NCBI GenBank assembly: GCA_951406725.2
Contig: OX597816.1
Span: forward strand, 90,024,001 to 90,088,000
Reading direction: 5' to 3'
DNA from: Octopus vulgaris
Lineage: Eukaryota
DNA length: 64,000 nt
The notes beneath the pieces are model-generated. The model searched no databases and was not told the origin of the DNA. It saw only the letters and a list, made by a program, of their open reading frames with translations. The position numbers and the translations under genes were made by a program. Positions 39,947-53,204 of the stretch are shown here, piece by piece; the stretch's first letter is position 1, and each line of letters starts with the position of its first letter.

Positions 39947-40108
39947 TACAACAGGCTTCTTTCAGTTTCTGTCTACCAAATCCACTCAGAAGGCTTTAGT
40001 CGGCCCGAGGCTATAGTAGAAGACACTTGCCCAAGATGCCACACAGTGGGAATGAACCCAGAATCATGTGGTTGGTAAGCAAGCTACTTACCACACAGCC
40101 ACTCCTGT
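39690..40108 (-). mobile_element. Full-length tRNA-headed SINE with internal (TA)n
   Basis: Head AGGAGTGGCTGTGTGGTAAG...GGGTTCATTCCC, core TTGGGCAAGTGTCTTCTACTATAGCC, tail GACTGAAACAAGTAAAG. Confidence 0.85.
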
Positions 40109-40932
40109 GCTATCACAATAAAGATATTCAAATCTTTAATCATACTTATTCAAAGTAATATTATTGTAATTTTTCTTATTGCCTAACAATTGATTTCAGT
40201 TAAAAAAAAAAGTGCAACATATGAAACACATTTTTGGGAAATATGCCAAACAAATAAATATAGCAGTACTTTTAATAAGGCGAAAAAAAAAATGTTATTC
40301 TAACAGGAACAATTCTGATAATAGAATAATACATAGTTGAAATTTGCTTCAGTTTCAATGCTTGTATTTTCACAAATGACCTGTCGATGATATGTAAACA
40401 TATTCCAATTCAACACAAATATGGTGGCAAAAGGTTTAAGCTAAATTGGCTTCGCATAAGTTATTCAATCCTACCAAGTTGGTCATTAGTTAATACCTTA
40501 GAATAAGGTAATGAGAGAGCCTCTACATGGTTGTTAACATGTTAGAAATAGCAGCCAAATCTCTCTCAAATCACATTGCATTATCATTTAAAAAATAAAA
40601 TAGAAGATATTGATTTATGCCTAAAACAATGGAATGGTCACTTCTTGAATGTCTTTGATCAAAGGTTTGCTTGATCAGAACTGACCTGGAGCTTAAAGAG
40701 ATTTTTCAATTTTTGCCCCAAACAGTCAGCAAAACTATGACTAAAACATTAGATTTTACCTATCTCAAAATCACAAGTTTATAACTGAAAATAACTGTCT
40801 TCATGGCACCAGTATTTCCTTGAAGGGGGACGGGGGGGGGGGGAAAGAAATAGGTGAAAAATATTACATAAATATGTTTCGTTTTTGGATTTGGTTTGCA
40901 AGATTCTTTATATAAGTTCATGTGTTGAAGCA

Positions 40933-41098
40933 TATTCTGTTGTCTGGGGAGAGTCATTTTCTTTTTGAGCCTTATAATGTAACACATTCACCGGTAAAAT
41001 TAAAAATAAAAATAAGAAAAAAGTGGAAATTTTACCAGTGAGTGTGTTACATTATAAGGCACAAAAAGAAAATGACTCTCCCCAGACACAACAGAATA
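40933..41098. mobile_element. Palindromic MITE / fold-back element (about 69-bp arms)
   Basis: TATTCTGTTGTCTGGGGAGAGTCATTTTC...GGTAAAATT mirrored by AATTTTACC...GAAAATGACTCTCCCCAGACACAACAGAATA. Confidence 0.85.
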
Positions 41099-42534
41099 CA
41101 TAAGTATGACTTTTCATGAATGCAACAATCATTTAAATGGACCTCTCGTAAACTGCTTTTTCAAAAATTGAGGTTTAAAAAAAAAAATTGCCATTTTTGA
41201 TTGGACCAATATTTAAGTTATATAATTTCCATTATCCCATTGAAATTCAGAACACTGCGTTGGCAAAGTTATTAAACGTTTTTATTTTTAAAGGCACATT
41301 TTATCTTTATTGAGCTGTGAAATTCTTTTCTATGCCTAAAATATATTTGCTTTTTCTGCATCAGATGCACAGTTTCATCATCATCAAATTATTTAATTGT
41401 AGTTTTATACATTCATTTCTTCTACAATCACAAACATACATTATAAAAATTATAAACATCTTTCTTTTCTTGTTAAAAATGAAGTAGCAGATAACTCGGT
41501 CAAAGACACTTAAATAACAACAATGCACATTTTTCATTCAACATAAAAATAAAGGCATGATTATTTATAGCTTTTTTACATTTTTTTTTTAAACTGGAGA
41601 ATGTATTTTCAGGGGTTGGGGGAATATGCCCAAATATCTTTGCAAATGACAAATTTTATTTACAAAACTGTTGGATTGAAATTTGAATAATATTAATTTA
41701 ATCTTAGCATACCTATCTTTAAAAGTTTCATATATATGGGATTTAGCTGAATATAGTGACACAGCTATTGAATATGAGAAGAGAAGAAACAACATTAATA
41801 TCAAGCAAATTATTACAAGAGAAACATATAAATTAGACTAATTTTTTAGTTTTATAACATTGTTAAATTAATTTAAATTCTTTTATGAACATTTTTCTCA
41901 ATGTAAAACCTATTAATTTTTTAACTGTAATTCATTGTACATATTTTATTCTTTATTTATCACTGTCTTACATCTATGGGTGGAATGGTTTTTTGCAAAT
42001 TTGACATTTTCACAAATATCACAAAGCAAATATCTTCATAAACGTAAGCTTTAAAATATATGTCACGTTATTTCATATAAAAATAGCTCATTGACAATAA
42101 CACTGAATAGTGGAGGAAACTAATGTACGAACTGCATAGAAATAATCATTATCACAAATCACACATAACCAACACTCTCGTAATATCTGTTACATAACAA
42201 CTTAAAATGGGACAATTTTGTATTTATCATTTCATTACAGTAAATCTGATTATCACTTCAGACAGTTTTTAAAATTAATACATATACATTATTTTACAAT
42301 AAAACAAAATACAATTCCCCAAATCACCACCATATAAAAAAATCTTGTGCTTTTAAACATCTCTTATTTTACAACAAAGTTCAAAACATTCAACAAATTG
42401 AAATGACAAATAAATGTCAATGTTGACTGAAAGGAAGCCAATAAAGATGTTCAAACCTATTTCTTCTCAACTAATAATAATTTCATAATAACATTATTCA
42501 AAAAATAATAATTAAAATGAATTATCATCAGCGA

Positions 42535-42734
42535 CTAAAACACACCACCAAAAAAATCTGTTATGCCTTCTCCATCATTCAAATTAAACATATAATCTTC
42601 CATATAGATAGGTGGTTCAAGGTGAGTAAGTGTAGAGTCAAGATTTTGGTCTTCAGTTTGCTGTAAAAGATTTATGTTGGCATCTGGGGATATATCTTGT
42701 TCTTCAAGCAGTGCATTTTTCAACGAAACTTGTG
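42535..42734 (-). CDS. E2F3: E2F terminal coding exon (transactivation / pocket-protein binding motif)
   Basis: AACAG acceptor, phase 1; LEPPIYMEDYMFNLNDGEGITDFF matches the E2F DYxFxLxxxEGIxDLF RB-binding motif; TAG at 42535-42537. Confidence 0.9.
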
Positions 42735-45634
42735 CTGTTAAAACAAAAGTAATAACCATGAATATTTGTATGATAAAATGAATATATATATTATGTATGT
42801 ATAAAAAATTTGTTTTGTTTTCATTTTAACATTTACTTTCCCATGTATGCATATGTCAGATGAGAGTTTATTGAGACTGGGTAGAATTTTCTATGGTCAG
42901 ATACCTTACAAGTGAAATGATAATCTCCCATTCTAACACATATATTTGTTTGTTTCTCCATGCTAGTATGAATTAGATGTATATATTATTGAGGTACTGT
43001 TTTACAACTAGATACCTTTCTTGTTACTAACCCATACCTGTTTTTCAAAAAAGGAGATCTCTTATTTCATGTCTTTGAAAGCATGAAGTGAGTGGACAAT
43101 TTGTTGACAAGGAACAATAATACATGTAGTGGGTGACTTTTGTAGAACACAAATGTAAACATACACACATCCATGTATGCATATGATTAGCTTCTTTCAC
43201 TTTCTATTTATGATATTCACTAACAAGGATTTGGTTGGCCCACCATGCAGTGTGGTTAAGAAATTTGTTTCCCAACAACATGGTTTCTGGTTCAGCCTCA
43301 GTGCATGGCACCTTGGACAAGTGTCTTTTGCTATAGCCCCAGGCTGGCTAAAACCTTATGAATGGTTTTGATAGATGGAAATTTGAAGAAACTCATCATG
43401 TGTATTCTTGTCTGGACATTGCACAACAATTATGAGAGTTACCATCCATCATACAAGCACAACTGCTTCTAATTTTCCATGAAAACATGTCCAGTCATGG
43501 AGAAATGTTACCTTGCTTAAAAACAGGTAAGGGTTGGTGACAGGAAGGGCATTCAGCCATAGAAAATCTGCCTCAATGGACTTCATCTGACCCATGCAAG
43601 CATGGAAAAGTGGATGTTAAAATGATGATATTGTATCATCATCATTGTTTATGTTAAGACTAACTTCTTTGAAATATTGTTTTTATTAAATTATTTCTGA
43701 TTAATTAATTTATCTATTTCTATTAACTGATTGAATTAAGAATTGAATAATATATTGCTGCTATTTTTAGATTTTAAAATTAGAATTTCCTATTTCAGTA
43801 ATAATTATAAATTAACTGTAATAGAATATCATCTTCTAACATTGTAAAATTTACTTAATAAAAAATAAATTAATGCTTAATATTTTAAGCTCAGCAACAA
43901 TTGGCAAGTAATTTAATAAGGTCATTTGGTATAAAACTTAAATAAGAGGTATTGAGTTATAATGTGAGAGAAAACAGACTAAACACTACAACACCATTGA
44001 CATGTACTGTAACAAATGCTAAAAAAAGTAACTAATATGACTTCTTGCAACAAATGAAATTCTCATAATAATTTGAATACATTGGGTACAAATAGAATAG
44101 AATGAAGTTTGCTAACAATGGCCACATCTTATTAAGCATCACAAGCTGAATTGCATGTAAAAACCAGTGGCAGATATTATCAAACCTCAATTTCACATAT
44201 CTGTATAAAAGCAAATTAAGGAATCGATAAAAGAGCCTCTACATAAAACATCCTCTTTTGAGAAATAAACTGCATGAAACATGGCTCGTCGTGATGTGGC
44301 CTGCACAACTATATAAAAATTCAAGGTAATTTTTTGTTGGCATGCCATTCAGAAAGTTCCACAGGCTGCAGTTCATGATTGCTCTACATGGTCACTTATT
44401 TGCTGGAAATAACAGCCAAAACACACTCAAATCAAACCCCAACATGTTAAATGAAGTATATATTGGGCAATATAGTACTTCATATATAATAATATTAAGA
44501 TGGTCATAGCTGGTAGGTCTTTCATCATGGGACTGTGAGATCAGAGTTGGTTTGGAGTTAGACAACAAAACCATGCTAAATCTAAATATATACATATTAC
44601 ATCTTAGAGTCATGTTTGTCTTCAAACAAGTAACTCGATCTGAGACAATGTGTTGAAACAGAAACAATTAAACATTATGAAAGATTCTGTTTGACCATCT
44701 GAAAATGCACCAGCATTGTTGAGCTTGCTTGTTTCTTGATATGTCAAAAGCTTCCATTGCACAACTGCAATCTGGTTACTGACAATTCCACCGCATCAGT
44801 GGATTTCTGAGACACTGTACAACATTCCATTATTATAAACTTCTTTCCCACAATGGTCACCCAACATGCTAGAAATAACAGCTACAAACTTATCAAATTA
44901 GAGTAGATTGTTGTTATAACAATGACTTGTTAATAAAAATGCTTTTGTTTACAAAACATCACATTTCATCATCATTCTTCCTAGATCAACCACTTTGTTA
45001 ACTTCATGGACTGCATACTCCTCTTCCTCCTCACTTCAACAATAACAAATGGCAATATAATGTCTACCCACTACATCTTTTCCTCAATTCATTAATTCAA
45101 TATGTACGCATTGCTAGATCAATGTAACATTTTCTCTCTATCTGTTTAATTGATAAATTGTTGAGTTATAAAGTATTACAATCAAGTTAAAAGGTTCCAA
45201 AATTGAAGTCATATAAAAACACACATCATCATCACCATCATTTAACATCTGTTTTCTATGCTGGTGAGCTAGAGGACTGCACCAAACTACACTATCTGCT
45301 TTGAGAGGAATTCTATAGCTGGATGCCCTTCCTAACACCAACCACTTCTCAAAATGTACTGAGTGCTTTTTAACATGGCACCATCACCAGCAAGGTCACC
45401 AAGCAACTTGCAAGACAAAGATGCCTCAACTGAATAAGGAGTAGTATTGAAGGAGATGGCTTCATGCCAGGTGATGAGAAGTTAAAGTATGATAGAGGAA
45501 CAGGCATTTTGCTGTAGATAAGATACATGGCTACCCCAGCTGGAAAAGAAAGGCAGGAGAGAGAAGATAGTGATGCAGATGTGTCAGAGTGTACCCTCAA
45601 AGTACAGGGGAGGTGAAAAAATAAGAATACTTAC

Positions 45635-45797
45635 TTTTAAAGCTATCACAGGATGTAGAATCTTCTGATAATTGTTCTTCACTTATACTACTACTACTAT
45701 TATGACCCTCTGTTGCTGGTGTGTGTTTGACATCCTTTTTTACATCATCGGGACACAAATACACCTCAATGGCTTGACTGTTACTTTTTAACCAAAT
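45635..45797 (-). CDS. E2F3: E2F exon (marked box end)
   Basis: IWLKSNSQAIEVYLCP; A|GTAAGT donor; 5' boundary uncertain by 9-12 nt (see findings). Confidence 0.85.
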
Positions 45798-47186
45798 CTG
45801 CATATTATTCAATAAAATACAAGTGGTTGTTTTAAAAAAAAGAAAACAAAAGGAAAGAGTGAAATGAGTAAAACAGTATAAAAAATCACAATAAAAAGTC
45901 ATTTACAATGTCCATAACTTGAAAAGTTTATTACATTTGGTATCATTAAAATGCAAAGCAAAAGTTTGAGATATTCATCATTATCATTTGACGTCCACTT
46001 TTTCATGCTTGTACGGATTAGATGGAATTTGTTGAAGCAGATTTTCTACGATCAGACGCTCTTCTTGTCACCATTGCTCACCTATTTCCAGGTAAGGTAA
46101 TATTTCTCCATAGCCATACAAATTTCCCACAGAAGATTGAAAATAGACATCACTTGTATGACAGTGACAACCATGTGATGTTAGGGTAAGGGCACATACA
46201 TAATGTGTGTGTAATCAAAGTAAGCAACAAGGATATCCAGGTGTTGCTTATTTTGATTTTAATCACCTTAATTTGTGTATATATACACACACACACCACA
46301 AGCTTCTTCCAGTCTCTGTCTACTAAATCTATTCACATGGATTTTGGTCAGTCTGAAATTATAGAAGACATTTGCCCAAGGTGCTGTGCAGTAAGACTGA
46401 ACCCAAGACCACATGGTTGAAAGCAAGCTTCTTAATCACACAGCTATGAACCATACCACCACCTATACCAAAATTATTGGTGTTCTGTTACCATCATTAT
46501 CCACATACATCATAAATGGACACATCACTATAATAAGGGGATGTTTCTCTGCACTTGTAATTTGTAAGCATGATGTTTTTGTTGTTTTTTTCCAATTTTG
46601 TTACTTTAGCAAGTTATTTGGATAAGTGCATGGTATTCCAATGACATGGACATTCAATGCATCTTCGTGTTACAATAATTGATGCTTGTAATACTAACAT
46701 TGAACATTTGAGCTTAATCTTAATAATCAGTGATTGTTTCTTGTCAAAATAGCATTCTCTTACAAACATTTTTCATGCTTTGTATTTCACAATTACTTAA
46801 CATTGTTGTTGAGCAAAAACGCTTTCCTCCGTAGCATACATTTTTTAAACATAGGTTTTCAAATGATTTCACAAACTGTTTCAATTTACATCAATTGGTT
46901 TCACAGCTAAAAAGTGAATAATCATAGGTAGCTAGAAATTGATCAAAAATTTTTAATAGAAAATGTTTCTATAAATGCTGCTCCTTGTAAAAACATTCTA
47001 GAAAGATTCTATAAAATTTCATGAGATTCTACATAGCTCTGTACCAATTCATTTTTGACTATGCAGTTAAGTCCTATACTATTGGATGTTGCCATAGTCA
47101 AGCCTTTCTCAAGAACATTACTGATACAAAGAACATAAAATTAATACTGAAAGTAGAAAGGAAAGTAAAAAAAAATTAAAGCTCAC

Positions 47187-47301
47187 CTTTGATATATCAG
47201 GTAATTCTAAACGTGTTTCAGGAGGTGCTTTGACAGCCATAACTGTTTGATCATCTAATGATCTTATATTTCGTATATCATGATACGTTACATATGCATA
47301 T
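47187..47301 (-). CDS. E2F3: E2F exon (marked box)
   Basis: [38 protein letters not shown]; AAG|GTGAGC donor; preceded by a U12-type 3' splice region. Confidence 0.9.
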
Positions 47302-48369
47302 TTAAGATTGAATTAAAGAAATAATGAAATTCAAAGGGAAAAAAAAATTATGAAAACATTAATACAGATAGATAGGAAATAACAAAAATATTATGTAGGC
47401 CTGATTACACATTTAATGATGATACTAACTCCCTGCCACATTTTTACTCCAATCCCACACATTTTATTCAGTAAATTTGTTTCTACTGAATCTAACACTA
47501 TGATGAAAAAAGAATTACATAGATGCAAACTATTTTAATTTTTCATTAATAAAGAGGAAGGAGGGATTTTTGAGAACTACTGATTTACACTATAGTCCTA
47601 AGAAGGACTGACAATGTTTTATATTTGTGTGTGAGCATATGTGTGAGTACATGTTTATCTTTTTGGAAAATACTCAAAATGAAACCTTGAATAGAATACA
47701 CACACATAAACACTTACATAACATTGTCTACTTCTCAGAGTTATACAAAGTAAATAGCAACATTACTTGTCTTTACTCCCAGTTATTTGATGTAGGTATA
47801 TATAGTTGCGACCAAAATGTTCAGAACGGCATTGTTTTCGTAAGAAAAGTAGGTATAAGTTTTTATATTCTATAATTTTCACAGACAATAAATACGATAT
47901 TATTTGTTATTGTCTGAGAAAATTATAGAATATAAAACAACTTTGATAAAAACTTATACCTACTTTTCTGACGAAAACAATGCCGTTCTGAACATTTTGG
48001 CCGCAACTGTATATCAGTGTATATAACATAGTGACCTCCCTTGTATTGCGAAACTATATGAGCATCAGGTCCTCCACCTACTTCTTATTTTCTCAACTAA
48101 AACTATTTTATAAGCAATGCACTTTCAAGTAGTTGAAGATTTCTAATACTGTAGATATCTAGAATAAACAATACGAGAAAATTTGAGTGACAACAGACAT
48201 TCCACAGAAATTATCATTATCATTTTAACATCTACTTTTCCGTTGTTGTTTCAGTGCCAATTTAGTATAAATGGATTAATCATTATGACAACTACTATTG
48301 TAACCACTATATGATATTTTTTGAAGTAAAATACACAAAAGGGAACATTTTTTATTCATAAAAGGATAT
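47302..48369 (-). other. U12-type (minor spliceosome) intron, apparent AT-AA termini
   Basis: 5' splice site ATATCCTTT (48369-48361); branch site TTCTTTAAT (47320-47312); in-frame junction requires the intron to end ...TCTTAA. Confidence 0.85.
47801..48011. mobile_element. Palindromic Tc1/mariner-type MITE flanked by TA
   Basis: TA-TAGTTGCGACCAAAATGTTCAGAACGGCATTGTTTTCGT... mirrored by ...ACGAAAACAATGCCGTTCTGAACATTTTGGCCGCAACTG-TA. Confidence 0.88.
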
Positions 48370-48469
48370 TTTGATTTTTCTGGGTCTTCTGTAAGGATTT
48401 TCAGCTGTTTTGTACAGTGTTCTATTAATTCATCCATTTCATTTTCTTTAGCTTCATAAATAGCCATTT
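48370..48469 (-). CDS. E2F3: E2F exon (coiled-coil dimerisation region)
   Basis: GACAG acceptor; EMAIYEAKENEMDELIEHCTKQLKILTEDPEKSK; 100 nt phase 1/2. Confidence 0.9.
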
Positions 48470-49334
48470 CTGTCAACAATAAAATATTTAGAGTTTGCTT
48501 AAAATTAACAAAGAATGAAGATTACATTTATCAAGTTATGCAGATATGTTTCTAATATCATCGATTATGTTTAAATTTAGTTTCTACTGTCAAAAGGAAG
48601 AAAACCCTGGACAAAACTCAAAATATTTTTAGTAAGATGATCTATAATAATTTGTAGGGAAATTTGGGGATGGAGAATAGAAATCATTCAACCACTGTAG
48701 TGGTTGAATATATTAAGTCCACCATTTCGTCAATTGCACCAGCTTCCAAGCTTCACCATTAATGCAAACTGTTAACAGTTTTAAAGAGGACACCTCCTCA
48801 GCTACACTTTGGCATAAATAGTTTGAGATTTGGTTCAGTAGAAAAGTTACATCAAAATATCTGTGACCCCAAGGGGGGCAGTAAGGCACCTATTCACCTT
48901 CAATTAACATAAACTTTTAAATTTTAAAATAAAAGTATACTTTTCTTAGGCTTAAATGATAGAAAAATGTATGAGAACTGTAAAGAGTGATAAATTAGAA
49001 GAACTGGCATTCATTGCTGCAATATTTTAAGTAAAAAGTTTCTTATTCTTTACTTTACTTGAAGTAATAGTTTGTCCTATATTTTTACAGATGTATTAAC
49101 TTGTCCTGTATTTTTTCAGGTTTATAATCTTAAGAATATTACTTTTCATGCTCACATTTTTCCATGTAATATTACTAATAAGTGAAATTGTAAGCCAATT
49201 CCTTTTATATGGAAAAACATTTGGTTCAGACATATTAAAATTGAGTAATGAAAGCAATTTCAACAGTTTGACTAACATTTAATACTAGTTATTGATAAAC
49301 AAAGGAGGAATCATTGTAAATGTTTTAAAAGTAC

Positions 49335-49408
49335 CTGAATGTAAATCCATTAATTTCGTAGTAAGCTGGAGTGGCACAGGATTAGCAGCTATTGATGATA
49401 TACAACCT
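49335..49408 (-). CDS. E2F3: E2F exon (linker after the DNA-binding domain)
   Basis: TTTACAG acceptor, G|GTACTT donor, 74 nt phase 2/1; GCISSIAANPVPLQLTTKLMDLHS links the flanking exon phases exactly. Confidence 0.82.
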
Positions 49409-49988
49409 CTGTAAATAAATAAATAAATATATCATTTAGAAAATTTGAAAGCAATTGATAAACAGAATCTGTAGAGAATTTAAGAAAATGCCTGGCAACA
49501 TTTAAACATCTCTTTATGTTCTGTCACGGTCAATTCTGCCTTTATTCTTCAACACCAGCCTGAGAATTTAAATGGTGAATGATACCAAACAGGCTGAAAT
49601 TGGCCATAGTGACCTATTCATATTTAAGTGAGAATTTCAATGCAAATCTCATTAGTACATTCATGAAAACACATGGCTTCACTATGTAAGTTATTGAATG
49701 AACTGTCCGACATTATTTTACTTGATATTTGAGCATTGTAAATTTGTGGAGACTTTTTTCCACTTCGATTTTATGAAAGGTTTCACTATGGATAAAAACT
49801 GGATACCAGTATCATGTTGTCATGCAGCAAGTTTGAATTTGAAGTATTTTCAAAAGACAGAAAAATTCAAAACAAACGGCAAGCATAAAAACCACATGTG
49901 TGATTATAAATAGGATTTTTTTTCCCTCCTGAAAGTGAAACAATTCTAACAGTTCAGACAGCAGAGAAAAAAGCAATTTGTACCTAAA

Positions 49989-51050
49989 TCATCATCATTA
50001 TTTAGTATCTGCTTCCCATGCTGGCATAGGTCAGACAGTTTGACTGGAACTGGTAAGCCAGTGAGCTGTACCATATTCCAGTTTGAATTTTGGTTTGGTT
50101 TCTACGGCTGGATGCCCTTCCTAACACCAACAACTCCAAGAGTGTAGTGGATGCCTCTTATATGTCACTGGTACGGGTATTTTATGTGTTACCAGCACTA
50201 CCCACAACTCAATTTTACTTGGCTTGATGAGTCTTCTCAAGCACAGCAAATCGTCAACGATCTCTATCACTTGTCATTGCCTCTATGAGACCCAACATTC
50301 GAAGATCATGCTTCACTACCTCATGCCATATCTTCCTCTTCCACAGGTTCCCTCCTCAGTTAGAAAATGGCACTTCTCTATGTAGCTGTCCTCACCTATA
50401 CACATCACATGACTATACCAGTGTAACCGTCTCTCTTGCACACTACACCTGATGCCTCTTATGTCCTATTTTTTTCACGAGATGCTTACACTCTGTCATA
50501 CATGCACACCAACATTGCACATCCAGTGAAGCATACTGGCTTCATATCTTTCAAGCCTAGCTTTATTTCTTTCATGTCTTCATATGTCCTCTGCAGCCAC
50601 AGCTCACGTTTCACTGCAGTGTAGCATGGCTGTTCATACACAGGTATCATACAATCTGCCTTTCACTCTGAGGGAGAGACCCTTTGTTATCAACAAAGGT
50701 AGAAGCTCTCTGAATTTTGCCCTGTCTATTCTGATTCTAGCAGCTACGCTCTTGCAGCATCTCACCTCCACTGCTGACTTGGTTACCTAGATAATGACAG
50801 CTATCAACTACTTGTAGGTATTCCCCTTGGCATTTGATGGAGTCTATTTTCAGTATGTTTCTAATGCTTATTGTACCTGTACATCTGCCAAACACAAAGG
50901 CTATTTTCCCTGCTAACCTTCCTCTAATATTGCTTGCACCTCTTATGTGTCCATAGCTTGCACTGAGGACGCCTTATGGAGCTTCTACCAACACCTTTTC
51001 TACATATTGAGCTGGGCCATCTACTGGAAGGGATTCATGATTTGTCTACT
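49989..51050 (-). mobile_element. Older RTE LINE 3' fragment (same family as 35051-38720)
   Basis: Colinear with 35051-36670 including the Cys-rich segment; CpG-depleted. Confidence 0.85.
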
Positions 51051-52485
51051 TTGAATTTGATGGTTTCAGAAAAGATGAAACAAGATTTTTTCAAATTTAA
51101 CCCAAATAGTAGGAACTAAAATTATCAGCTTTAAAATGAAAGATTTTATTCATAATGTTGATTTAATCCAGTACATCTCAGACTTACTTTAACTACTGTT
51201 CTCTTTCTTTTAATAACACTTTTTAATGCCTCAACCCTTGGATATTTCAATATCCACTTTTTTTCATGTACATACAAATAATATTAAGCCAGAGGATGTA
51301 TCACCTGCTTGGTGTAGGTGATACATACTTAGCACATGGCTTTGACTAAGCTCAGGTACATAGTCTTGATGCTTCATATACACTCCTGTAGCTAGCAAGT
51401 AAAATTTATCTTTATATCTCAATTTATAGTTGTTGGTATTGAGATTGTGGCTAACAAACTGTTTATTTTATATTGCATTTAATTTTTTAGTTAATATTTA
51501 AATAAGATATGAAGACTTCCATCCCCAACCTTCTACAGTACTTGTATAATATGAAAAGCAATTATGTCTTAGTTGCAAGTAAAAACAAAGAAGCTGTGTA
51601 GTCAAAAGAAAACATAGAATGACCAACATTTAATGGCCATTTCCATGCTGAGAAGTCAAAAGACTACACCAAACTCCAATGTCTGTTTTGGCATAGTTTC
51701 TACAGCTTGATGCCCTTCCTAAAAGTCAACCACTTTACAGAGTGTGCTGGGTGCTTTTAACATGACACTAGCAGCAGAAGTCACCAAATAATTTACATGA
51801 CAAGATGCCCCAAGGAGAGAAGGAATAGGATTGGGGAAGGTGGCTCTGTACCAGATGAGAGGTTAGAGTATGACAAGAGGGACAGAAATTGGTGTCCTGC
51901 AAAAAGGAGATACAAGGCTTCCTCAGTAGAAGAGAGAAGATGGTGAGGATGTGACAGGGAGTACACTCAAGTTACAGGGAAGTGTATATAAGTGAAACGG
52001 GACCATAGATTGGATAGGGTGAATGAGTGGGTCAGTTCACAGGACTGTGAAAGTAAGTGGGAGGTGGAAAGGAGGGAATATAGTGAGTAGACAGAAATAG
52101 GAGGGGTTGTTTGGGAGATGTATTGTGGAGAGTAAGAAAAATTCATTACAAAACATTTAATTTTGAAAAATTCAAAAGTAAATTTTTATAATTAAGTTGT
52201 AATATTTTTATCAACTTACTGAATGGTGAGAATCATTAAAATACTTCTTTGTAATAATTTCACAGATATAAGAATATGCAAAGGTGAAAATGGGAAGAAT
52301 TTCAAGAAATAAGCATAACATTGAATACTTTGATCAATAAGGATATGTGTCAATAAAGTACCAGTATTCACCTTATCACTACAGTCTTAAAGTATACTTA
52401 CCAATGGTACAGGAACACAAGTTTTATGGTCAATATTTAGAAAAGTGGCAAAAACAGAAAAAAATGAAACTTCACAAAGACTTAC

Positions 52486-52610
52486 TTCCATTGAATATGA
52501 TTTTTAGACTTTTTTGATATAAGATTGATTCCTTCCAATACATTTGTTATATCATATATTCTTCGTTTCTGAACTTCTAAAGATTCTGCAGCTTTATTTA
52601 AATCCACAAC
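52486..52610 (-). CDS. E2F3: E2F exon (DNA-binding domain, RRIYD motif)
   Basis: [41 protein letters not shown]; 125 nt phase 0/2. Confidence 0.96.
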
Positions 52611-52696
52611 CTGAAAATGAAAACACATTTTATTTTGTATATTATCTTTTTATCCATCGAGAACTTGGTATAAAAATATTTTAAACAAACGAAACA

Positions 52697-53090
52697 GAGC
52701 TGTGGCTGTTTGGTAAGAAGTTTCCTTCCCAACCACATGGTTCTTAGTTCAGTCCCACTGCATGGCACTATGGGCAAGTGTCTTCTACTATAGCTGCAAG
52801 CCAGCCAAAACCTTGTGAGTAGATTTGGTAGGCAGAAACTGAAAGGAAGCTCACTGTGTGTGTGTGTATGTATGTATGTATTTATGTTTATGTGTCTTTG
52901 TATCTGTGTTTGTCCCCTCATCATCATTTGACAACCAATGTTGGTGTGTTTACACCCCTGTAACTTAGAGGTTTGGCAAAAATAAAGTGATAGAATAAGT
53001 ACTAGGCTTACAAAGAATAACTAAAATCCTTCAAGGTGATGCTCCAGCATGGCCGCAGCCAAATGACTGGAACGAGTAAAAGAGTAAGAG
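52697..53090 (+). mobile_element. tRNA-headed SINE filling most of a 502-bp E2F intron
   Basis: Same family as 39690-40108. Confidence 0.85.
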
Positions 53091-53112
53091 TAAACAATAA
53101 ATGTGAACTTAC

Positions 53113-53204
53113 GCCATCTGGTGCATTTCTGAGCAAGCCAACAAACTTCTTCGTTAATAAGCCCAAGGATGTGTCATATCTTGTTTTTTCACCAGGGGAT
53201 CGTA
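53113..53204 (-). CDS. E2F3: E2F exon (DNA-binding domain start)
   Basis: [31 protein letters not shown]; 92 nt phase 1/0. Confidence 0.95.
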
